A DNA stretch of 59,337 nucleotides, counting the filler. It is 6 parts of 6 records of this genome, joined end to end, with 100 filler letters (N's around TTAATTAATTAA, not from the genome) between each part and the next. Parts side by side here need not be neighbours in the genome. Positions count along the whole stretch, not along the records: positions 37,314 to 53,988 come from SRR2962707_4560; positions 54,089 to 59,337 come from SRR2962707_4567; 4 more parts are not named here. One strand, written 5' to 3'. The notes beneath the pieces were generated by a model. That model had not been told where the DNA came from, made no database searches, and saw only the letters and a program-made list of their open reading frames with translations. Both the position numbers and the translations under genes were made by a program. Shown piece after piece: positions 51,715 to 59,337 of this stretch (its first letter is position 1; each line of letters begins with the position of its first letter).

Positions 51715-53166
51715 ATGAAACAGTATTTGGGTGGATTTGGGATGCCAAGATTTTCGAAGTATTTTGGAATTAAGTTGTCGCAACATCAGTTGGATTTTGT
51801 TGATGTTAGCAATGACTATGACACACCAGTCTACGTGGACCCGTTTGCAATCGAAATAAAGGATGACATATGGGCGGAAAAAGCATCGGAGGGTATTAGG
51901 TCTTTTTTTAATGAGGTATTATCTGCGTTACGCGACGGTGATCTGATGCGAGCGGAAAATCTAATGTCCCACTTGCATGAGCCGGAAGAAACGTACCTCG
52001 GCGTTTCAAGTGAAAAGCCGAAGGGGCGCGGAGTAGGAGCAGGTCAAGCACGACAACTGATAGGTGCTATTCAAAGCAGTAAGGCATTTAAATCTGGCCT
52101 GTTGAATGATCTATCTGAAATGGCACTGTATGTGGAAGGAATTGATAGAGATAAAATCTCCGACCTAACGACCAATATTATTAGATCTCAACTGGTTGCA
52201 TATACACATGAGCAGTGTGATTTATTTAAAGTGCCGCTAAAAAGTTATAACGGGCCGCCATTTTGGGATGTTAACCGTAGTAGCTGGGTCGCTCAAAAGG
52301 TGGACCTTCCTTACATTGATGATGATCCCGTGATGCTTGTGCCTAAATATATCGTGCGCAGAAATTTGTCTCTAAATAGTCAGGAGTTTTATAACAAACA
52401 AATTACAGATTTTTTAGTAGCTGAAAACCTGAAAGCCAACAGTTCTTTGGTTCAACTCGTAAGGGGAAAGAGACAAGTACGCAAAGGGGATGTTCGTGAA
52501 GCCCAGCCAAAGTCAAAACCGATGATCACTGATATGGTCGCGGCACATCCAGAACTGTTGGAAATGTACAAGGAAATCGCCAAAAAGCATAGCGCAATGC
52601 TGACTTTTAATGACGAGGATCCAACTTTAACAACTATATGTGGGCGTTTGGCAAGTTTGTTTAAAAACATCGCGCCGGGCAACAAGGACGCAGATGCCTA
52701 TCATGAGTTAGTGATGGGGGCACTCACTGCATTATTCTATCCAAATTTGATTCAGCCTCATAAGGAATGGGAAATTCACAGTGGACGAAAACGTATAGAT
52801 ATCGTTTACACGAATGCAGCTGATAGTGGTTTCTTTTCGCATAGACGCAATGACCAAAACATCAACGCTAACGCTGTAATAGTTGAATGTAAGAACTACA
52901 GTTCCGACATAGCTAACAACGAAATTGATCAACTTTTAGGCCGCTTTGACAACAATCGCGGCAAATTTGGAATTATGACGTGCCGTTCGGTAGATAACCC
53001 CGAGCTTTTAAAAAGTCGATGTATCGACGCAGCTGCGAGATCACAAGGATATATACTCGTATTTACAGACGAGGATCTTATCAAAATGCTAGAAGCCAAA
53101 TCGCAGTTACAAGACGAGGTCGTAGAAGCAACACTACACAAAAAATTCAGAGATATTATTACCTAA
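51715..53166 (+). CDS. Uncharacterised protein with C-terminal PD-(D/E)XK restriction-endonuclease-like domain (start may be 51742)
   Basis: 483 aa; E..GRKRIDI....VIVECKNY....EIDQL motif; AT-rich relative to flanking genes. Confidence 0.75.
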   Translation: MKQYLGGFGMPRFSKYFGIKLSQHQLDFVDVSNDYDTPVYVDPFAIEIKDDIWAEKASEGIRSFFNEVLSALRDGDLMRAENLMSHLHEPEETYLGVSSEKPKGRGVGAGQARQLIGAIQSSKAFKSGLLNDLSEMALYVEGIDRDKISDLTTNIIRSQLVAYTHEQCDLFKVPLKSYNGPPFWDVNRSSWVAQKVDLPYIDDDPVMLVPKYIVRRNLSLNSQEFYNKQITDFLVAENLKANSSLVQLVRGKRQVRKGDVREAQPKSKPMITDMVAAHPELLEMYKEIAKKHSAMLTFNDEDPTLTTICGRLASLFKNIAPGNKDADAYHELVMGALTALFYPNLIQPHKEWEIHSGRKRIDIVYTNAADSGFFSHRRNDQNINANAVIVECKNYSSDIANNEIDQLLGRFDNNRGKFGIMTCRSVDNPELLKSRCIDAAARSQGYILVFTDEDLIKMLEAKSQLQDEVVEATLHKKFRDIIT

Positions 53167-53230
53167 ATAGATGTTCTTGATAGTTCAAGCGGGTCGGCAA
53201 TAAAGTGAATTTTGGTCTAATCAGCCTTGT

Positions 53231-53988
53231 TCACCTCAAATTATGGCGGCCGACATTGTGGATGTCTGTTTCGCCGGAAAGCCCCATCGTAATATCAAGC
53301 TCTTTGTGGATGATTTCGAGCGCTTTGGTCACGCCTTTTTCGCCCATTGCGCCCAAACCATAAATATAGGCACGGCCGATAAAGGTGGATTTTGCGCCCA
53401 GCGCAATCGCCTTATAAACATCTTGGCCAGAGCGAATGCCTGAATCCATATGCACTTCAATTTGGTCGCCAACCGCGTCCACGATTTCAGCCAGCACATC
53501 AATGCTCGCCGCCGCACCATCAAGCTGACGGCCACCATGGTTGGATACGATGATCGCATCGGCGCCAATTTTCGCGGCGATTTTGGCATCCTCGACATCA
53601 TTGATGCCTTTGAGGATTAATTTGCCGTCCCATTTGGATTTAATCCACTCGATGGAATCCCAGTTTAGGCTCTGGTCAAACTGCGCATGGGTCCATTCAG
53701 ACAATGACGTCATATTGGTGACGCCCGGCGCATGGCCTACAATATTGCCAAAGCTGCGGTTTTTGGTCTGCAGCATATCAAGGCACCAAGCAGGCTTGGT
53801 CATCAGATTTAAAACGCTTTTGATGGTCGGCTTTGGCGGCGTTGAAAGGCCATTCTTAATGTCCTTATGGCGCTGGCCGAGCACTTGCAGATCAAGGGTG
53901 ACAACCAAGGCTTCACAGCCAGCCGCTTTGGCGCGTGAAATCAAATTTTCACAAAAGCCACGGTCGCGCATCACATAGAGCTGAAACC
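53231..53988 (-). CDS. lldD: FMN-dependent L-lactate dehydrogenase / alpha-hydroxy acid oxidase (3' part)
   Basis: FQLYVMRDR, ILKGI, VSNHGGRQLDG, DSGIRSGQD. Confidence 0.9.
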
Positions 53989-54088
53989 NNNNNNNNNNNN
54001 NNNNNNNNNNNNNNNNNNNNNNNNNNNNNNNNTTAATTAATTAANNNNNNNNNNNNNNNNNNNNNNNNNNNNNNNNNNNNNNNNNNNN
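53989..54088. other. Artificial contig spacer
   Basis: N44-TTAATTAATTAA-N44. Confidence 0.99.
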
Positions 54089-54089
54089 C

Positions 54090-54383
54090 ACGCACCAGTT
54101 GCGCGCGCATATGGCCGAGATCGGGCATCCTATTGTTGGCGATGGTAAATACGGCGGTTCCGGTCAGGAAAACATGGGCGACGGCTGGGGCGCGCAACTG
54201 GGCGGCGACATCTCGAAAAAGCTGCATTTGCATGCGCGGTCCCTGACGCTAGAGCATCCGGTAACCAAGGCGACATTGAACCTGATTGCGCCAATGCCAG
54301 AGCATATGGTGCGCACGTGGAACACGTTCCAATGGTCACCATCGGATGTACCCGCTGACCCATTCGAGGAAGACTGGGCGTAA
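54090..54383 (+). CDS. RluA/RluC family pseudouridine synthase (C-terminal part)
   Basis: THQLRAHMAEIGHPIVGDGKYG, LHLHARSL. Confidence 0.9.
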   Translation, partial: THQLRAHMAEIGHPIVGDGKYGGSGQENMGDGWGAQLGGDISKKLHLHARSLTLEHPVTKATLNLIAPMPEHMVRTWNTFQWSPSDVPADPFEEDWA

Positions 54384-54456
54384 GAGCAGCAGCGCACCTG
54401 ATCAATCTACCCGATCAGGTGCCCGCAGTGCCGACCCAAATCTGGAGCATTGAAAA

Positions 54457-55182
54457 ATGAGTGATTGGAAAGCCAAACGCTTTTGGAAAGAGGCACAGGT
54501 TGTCCGCTGTGACGGGGGGCATTCGGTCGAGCTTGATGGTCGCGCGATCAAAACGCCTGCAAAGCAGTTGCTGGTGTTGCCCACTGTCAAAATGGCTGAT
54601 GCAATCGCCGCTGAATGGCAGGCGCAGGACGGGGTGATCAATCCGCTCACTATGCCTTGCACAAAAACGGCCAATGCCGCGATCGACAAGGTTGCAATTC
54701 AGCACGCCGAGGTTGCAGATATGCTCGCCGCTTATGGCGATTGCGATCTGCTGTGTTATCGCGCGGACAGCCCGCAAGAGCTGGTTGACCGGCAAAGCGC
54801 CGCTTGGGACCCGATGCTTGACTGGGCAGAGGATGCCTTGGGCGCGAGGTTGCAGCCGCGCACGGGTATCATGCATGTGCCGCAAGACCCGGATGTGTTC
54901 GCTGGTCTGGTGCGCCGGACACATGCCTTGGATCACTTTGAACTGGCGGCATTCCACGACCTTGTCAGCCTCTCCGGGTCATTGGTTTTGGGCTTCGCCG
55001 CGGCGATGAATGCCCGCGATATGGAATCGCTTTGGGACATGTCGCGCCTGGATGAGATCTGGCAGGCCGAATTATGGGGAAAAGACGACGATGCCGAGGC
55101 CCTCGCTGCAGCCAAAAAGGGCAGTTTTCTTCACGCAAAGTTGATGTTTGACCTGAGTAACAGCGACGAGCTGGTAAACTAG
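54457..55182 (+). CDS. ATP12 family F1-ATPase assembly chaperone
   Basis: KRFWK, LDGRAIKTP, AEWQAQ, DLLCYRA, LSGSLVL, Q..WG.D. Confidence 0.92.
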   Translation: MSDWKAKRFWKEAQVVRCDGGHSVELDGRAIKTPAKQLLVLPTVKMADAIAAEWQAQDGVINPLTMPCTKTANAAIDKVAIQHAEVADMLAAYGDCDLLCYRADSPQELVDRQSAAWDPMLDWAEDALGARLQPRTGIMHVPQDPDVFAGLVRRTHALDHFELAAFHDLVSLSGSLVLGFAAAMNARDMESLWDMSRLDEIWQAELWGKDDDAEALAAAKKGSFLHAKLMFDLSNSDELVN

Positions 55183-55355
55183 ACAATTGCCGTTTGGTCG
55201 AGGCTGTTTTTTAGGCATATAGCCTTGACGCGCTGGCATAAATTCGCCCAAACTCAGAACCACTAATGGGATCAATCCATTAAAATGGCCTCCGACCCAA
55301 AAAAGGTGTCGGATAAACCGCCCATGAACGTGGCGGAATTCAGGAAGAGGTAACT

Positions 55356-56372
55356 ATGAATAAATCCGTATTTTTCGGTGCGCTGACAGTTGCTGGCGTT
55401 CTCGCCGGTGCGTCTGCTGCCGCAACACTTGACGACGTGAAAGCGCGCGGCAAGCTGAACTGTGGTGTAACAACTGGTCTCGTCGGCTTTGCCGCACCAA
55501 ACGCCAATGGCGAATGGGAAGGTTTTGACGTTGCGGTATGCCGCGCTGTCGCAGCCGCCGTTTTCGGTGATCCAACAGCCGTTGAATTCATTCCTACAAC
55601 CGGCAAAACACGCTTTACTGCGCTTGCCTCGGGCGAGATCGACTTTCTTGCGCGTAACACAACATGGACGTTCTCCCGCGATGTCGACCTGAAGTTCGAC
55701 TTCATCGGTGTGAACTACTATGACGGCCAAGGCTTCATGGTTCCAAAATCCTTGGGCGTTTCTTCCGCCAAGGATCTGGATGGCGCGACTGTCTGCATTC
55801 AGACCGGTACAACAACCGAACTGAACCTTGCTGACTTCTTCCGCTCCAACAACATCTCGTATGAGCCCGTGCCAATCGAGACAAACGCCGAAGGCCAGCA
55901 GCAGTACCTTGCCGGTGCATGCGACACCTACACAACTGACGCATCCGGTCTGGCATCTACACGTGCCACATTCGAGACACCTGGCGACCACATCATCCTG
56001 CCAGAAATCATCTCGAAAGAGCCGTTGGGCCCGCTGGTTCGCCACGGCGACAACGACTGGGGCGACGTAACACGTTGGGTTCTGTACGCTCTGATCGCAG
56101 CTGAAGAACTGGGTGTTACATCGGCAAACGTCGAAGAAATGTCCATGAACACAACCAACCCCGAAGTTGCCCGTCTGTTGGGTTCCGAAGGTACGTTGGG
56201 TGAAATGCTGGGTCTGGACGCCGCATGGGCCAAGAACGCAATCGCGTCTCAAGGCAACTACGGCGAAATCTTTGCCAAGAACATCGGCGAAGAAACACCA
56301 ATCGGTCTGGCCCGTGGCCTGAACGCTCAGTGGACAGATGGCGGCCTGATGTACGCGCCTCCTTTCCGCTAA
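55356..56372 (+). CDS. aapJ: General L-amino acid ABC substrate-binding protein AapJ/BztA
   Basis: GFDVAVCRAVAAA, RFTALASGEID, RNTTWT, ISKEPLGP, GLMYAPPFR. Confidence 0.93.
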   Translation: MNKSVFFGALTVAGVLAGASAAATLDDVKARGKLNCGVTTGLVGFAAPNANGEWEGFDVAVCRAVAAAVFGDPTAVEFIPTTGKTRFTALASGEIDFLARNTTWTFSRDVDLKFDFIGVNYYDGQGFMVPKSLGVSSAKDLDGATVCIQTGTTTELNLADFFRSNNISYEPVPIETNAEGQQQYLAGACDTYTTDASGLASTRATFETPGDHIILPEIISKEPLGPLVRHGDNDWGDVTRWVLYALIAAEELGVTSANVEEMSMNTTNPEVARLLGSEGTLGEMLGLDAAWAKNAIASQGNYGEIFAKNIGEETPIGLARGLNAQWTDGGLMYAPPFR

Positions 56373-56381
56373 GAACTTTGT

Positions 56382-56410
56382 CAAAGGGCGTGGACTTTCC
56401 ACGCCCTTTG
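56382..56410 (+). terminator. Intra-operon stem-loop after aapJ (mRNA stabiliser or attenuator)
   Basis: Perfect 13-bp stem CAAAGGGCGTGGA-CTT-TCCACGCCCTTTG. Confidence 0.7.
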
Positions 56411-56492
56411 CGCCTTCCAAGACAAAAAAACAAAACCGGCCAGCGATATCGAATGATGCGCATGAATGGATCCGGAACACAGGGATAATCTG

Positions 56493-57707
56493 ATGACGAC
56501 AATGTCCGACCCTCAACAGGGCTCGTTCCGGCTGTCGATGTTGCTAAACGACACCCGCTATAGATCCTACACATTCCAATTTATTGCTTTGATGCTGTTG
56601 ATTGCGTTGATGGCCTTTTTGGGTATCAATCTGATGCGCAACCTCGCCGAAGCAGGCCTGAATATCTCGTATGATTTCTTGGGCGTTCCGGCGGGTTACG
56701 ACATCAACCAAACGTTGATCGACTATAACAGCCAATCGTCGAACCTGCGGGCGGCAATGGTTGGCATCATCAACACGTTGCTGGTTGCGTTTCTGGCCTG
56801 TTTGACGGCGACTGTGATCGGCGTGATCGCTGGTGTTGCGCGCCTTTCGCAAAACTGGCTCGTATCCAAGCTGATGTCCGTTTACGTCGAGATTTTTCGC
56901 AACATTCCCGTGCTGATCTGGATCTTGATGATCTATACGTTGATGACGGCGGTCCTGCCTGCGCCCAACGCGTTCCGCGGTGACAATGCTACGTCCAGCA
57001 TGTTGTTTGATGCCTTCGCCTTTACCAACCGTGGGGTCTATATCCCTGCGCCAGTTTGGGGCCCGGGATCGATGATGGTCGTTGCGACCTTCCTTTTGTC
57101 GATTGTTGCGGTGTTTTTCTACCGTCGCTATGCCGTCAAACTGTTGTTTGAAACCGGTAAGCTGTTGCCGACAGGCTGGCCGACATTGGCGATTCTGATC
57201 GTACCTACCATTTTGATGTTCTTCGTGATGGGCAGCCCGGTTGGGTTGGACCTGCCCGAGCTTAAAGGCTTTAACTTTCGTGGCGGTATCCAAATTGGCG
57301 CACCGTTGATCGCACTTTGGCTGGCGTTGTCAGTTTATACAGGTGCCTTTATTGCGGAAAACGTGCGGGCAGGGATTCAAGCAATTCCAAAAGGCCAAAC
57401 CGAGGCTGCTGCGTCGCTGGGCCTGCGCCCCAAGCGTGTGATGAACTTGGTTATCTTGCCACAAGCGTTGCGCGTGATCATCCCGCCGCTGATTTCACAA
57501 TATCTGAACATCACCAAAAACTCGTCTCTTGCGATTGCTGTTGGCTATGCCGACATCACGGCGACGCTGGGCGGGATCACCTTGAACCAGACGGGCCGCG
57601 CCATCGAGTGTGTGCTGTTGCTGATGCTGTTCTATCTCACGATCTCTCTTTCGATCTCGGCGATCATGAACGTCTACAACAACAACGTCAGCCTGAAGGA
57701 GCGGTAA
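56493..57707 (+). CDS. aapQ: Amino acid ABC permease AapQ/BztB
   Basis: YVEIFRNIP, FIAENVRAGI, QYLNITKNSSLAIAVGY. Confidence 0.92.
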   Translation: MTTMSDPQQGSFRLSMLLNDTRYRSYTFQFIALMLLIALMAFLGINLMRNLAEAGLNISYDFLGVPAGYDINQTLIDYNSQSSNLRAAMVGIINTLLVAFLACLTATVIGVIAGVARLSQNWLVSKLMSVYVEIFRNIPVLIWILMIYTLMTAVLPAPNAFRGDNATSSMLFDAFAFTNRGVYIPAPVWGPGSMMVVATFLLSIVAVFFYRRYAVKLLFETGKLLPTGWPTLAILIVPTILMFFVMGSPVGLDLPELKGFNFRGGIQIGAPLIALWLALSVYTGAFIAENVRAGIQAIPKGQTEAAASLGLRPKRVMNLVILPQALRVIIPPLISQYLNITKNSSLAIAVGYADITATLGGITLNQTGRAIECVLLLMLFYLTISLSISAIMNVYNNNVSLKER

Positions 57708-57708
57708 T

Positions 57709-59004
57709 ATGTCAGATACACATGCCCAAACCGTTACCTATGTCCGCGATACGATGCTGCCTCAGGCTGCACCGCCATCGACGGCACAAGGCCCGGTCAA
57801 ATGGCTCCGCGAAAGCCTTTTTTCGTCGATCCCGTACACGATCCTGACCATCGCAGCGCTTTATGTGATCTACATGCTGCTTTCCGGTTTCCTACCTTGG
57901 TTGCTGGGCGGCGTCTGGACGACGGCCAACATCCGTGAATGCCGCGAAGTGTTGGACGGCGGGGCGGGGGGCTGTTTCTCGGTTCTGTCCGAGCGTTGGA
58001 ACCAACTGTTGTTCGGTATTTCATACCCCCAAGACGGGTATTGGCGCCCGACATTGGCCTTTGTGCTGCTCTTCGTTGCGGTTGCTCCGGTCTTGTTTTC
58101 GTCACTGCCGCGCCAGTTGCTGATCGTTACGGCGCTGTACCCATTCATCGCTTTCTGGTTGATCTGGGGTGGTTCGCTATTGGTGCCGATTTCGGCGTTG
58201 GCCAGCATTGGCATCGGCTATTTCGTCTATAGCAAACTTGTAAAAACAAGCTTTGCAGCGGGATTGGCGGGTGGTGTCATTGCCGCAGCGGTGATCTGGT
58301 TTATCCTAAGCTTCATCACACCCAGCTTGTCAGGCGTTCTTGCGCTTGAGGAAGTGGTTTCGCGGAACATGGGTGGCTTTATGCTGAACATGATCCTCGG
58401 GGTGATCTGCGTGTCCCTATCGCTGCCTTTGGGTATTGTGCTGGCGCTTGGCCGCCAGTCGAGCCTGCCAATCATCAAGATGATCTGCGTGGTCTTTATC
58501 GAATTCATCCGCGGCGTGCCGTTGATCACCTTGCTGTTCGTGGCGAACGTGGTCTTGGCGTATTTCTTGCCACCGGGAACAAGCTTTGACCTGATCTTGC
58601 GCGTGATCATCATGATCACAATGTTCGCATCAGCCTATATCGCCGAAGTTATCCGTGGCGGTCTGGCAGCGTTGCCGCGCGGCCAATATGAGGGTGCCGA
58701 AAGCCTTGGCCTTGATTACGCACAATCCATGCGTTTGATCATCCTGCCGCAGGCGTTGAAGATCTCGATCCCGGGTATCGTTAACGTCGCCGTGGGCCTG
58801 TTCAAAGACACCACGCTGGTGTCGATCATTTCGATGTTTGATCTCGTGGGCATGATCCGTGGTCCGATCCTCGCCTCGACGGATTGGAACGGCGTGTATT
58901 GGGAATTGTGGGGCTTTGCCGCCCTTCTGTTCTTCATCGTTTGCTACGGCATCTCGCAATATTCACAATGGCTGGAACGTCAACTCCAGACCGACCACCA
59001 TTAA
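57709..59004 (+). CDS. aapM: Amino acid ABC permease AapM/BztC
   Basis: LALGRQS, FIEFIRGVPLI, AEVIRGGL, FKDTTLV. Confidence 0.92.
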   Translation: MSDTHAQTVTYVRDTMLPQAAPPSTAQGPVKWLRESLFSSIPYTILTIAALYVIYMLLSGFLPWLLGGVWTTANIRECREVLDGGAGGCFSVLSERWNQLLFGISYPQDGYWRPTLAFVLLFVAVAPVLFSSLPRQLLIVTALYPFIAFWLIWGGSLLVPISALASIGIGYFVYSKLVKTSFAAGLAGGVIAAAVIWFILSFITPSLSGVLALEEVVSRNMGGFMLNMILGVICVSLSLPLGIVLALGRQSSLPIIKMICVVFIEFIRGVPLITLLFVANVVLAYFLPPGTSFDLILRVIIMITMFASAYIAEVIRGGLAALPRGQYEGAESLGLDYAQSMRLIILPQALKISIPGIVNVAVGLFKDTTLVSIISMFDLVGMIRGPILASTDWNGVYWELWGFAALLFFIVCYGISQYSQWLERQLQTDHH

Positions 59005-59019
59005 GGAAAGGCTGTTATT

Positions 59020-59337
59020 ATGGCTGAACAAGCAAAAGCACTACAGGTCTCGGACGAGGTCGCCATTAGCATTCAAGGCATGAACAAGTGGTACGGCACA
59101 TTCCACGTGCTGCGCGACATTGATCTGACCGTGTACCGTGGTGAACGCATCGTTATCGCGGGCCCATCGGGTTCCGGAAAATCGACGCTGATCCGCTGCA
59201 TCAACGCATTGGAAGAGCACCAAAAAGGCCGCATCGAAGTGGACGGTACGGTGTTGTCATCTGATGTGAAAAACATCGACAAGATCCGGTCAGAGGTTGG
59301 CATGTGTTTCCAGCACTTCAACCTGTTCCCGCATCTG
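59020..59337 (+). CDS. aapP: Amino acid ABC ATPase AapP/BztD (5' part; runs off window)
   Basis: Manual translation: [47 protein letters not shown]. Confidence 0.93.
   Translation, partial: MAEQAKALQVSDEVAISIQGMNKWYGTFHVLRDIDLTVYRGERIVIAGPSGSGKSTLIRCINALEEHQKGRIEVDGTVLSSDVKNIDKIRSEVGMCFQHFNLFPHL

Noticed and set aside
55233-55247. Sigma-54 promoter upstream of aapJ (TGGCATAAATTCGC)
   Set aside because: GG to GC spacing is 9 nt rather than the required 10

Overview
The window is not one locus. It is six unrelated contigs joined by 100-nt spacers (N44-TTAATTAATTAA-N44), apparently from a marine metagenome or mixed culture. Contig 1 (1-11525, high-GC alphaproteobacterium) holds phnI(partial)-phnH-phnG with a divergent phnF, then plcP-btaA-btaB lipid remodelling, modABC, and soxC(partial)-soxD-soxE-soxF; its SoxD has the two heme domains in reversed order. 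Contig 2 (11626-24259, Roseobacter-like) holds a GcvT-family oxidoreductase, GH25 muramidase, DUF938, an FAD oxidoreductase, an aldo-keto reductase, GST, YeeE/YedE, a BMP purine ABC transporter and xdhC/xdhB. Contigs 3 and 4 (24360-30713, 30814-37213) are from an intron-containing eukaryote. They carry Rab6, a 7-exon putative Arp2/3 activator (myristoylation-PH-WH1-like-polyPro-VCA), and a 10-exon mosaic protein (beta-helix, IQ-like, integrase-repeat unit, EF-hand, split Tudor). Contig 5 (37314-53988, marine Rhizobiales-like) holds potGHI, asmA, pdhS with a CtrA box, tRNA-His lacking G-1, xseA, DUF937, LysR plus an alpha-methylserine-aldolase-like gene, an orphan ABC ATPase next to an AT-rich PD-(D/E)XK nuclease (candidate defence module), and lldD. 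Contig 6 (54089-59337, Roseobacter-like) holds a pseudouridine synthase, ATP12 and aapJQMP. All calls come from motif recognition and recalled family knowledge; no searches were run.
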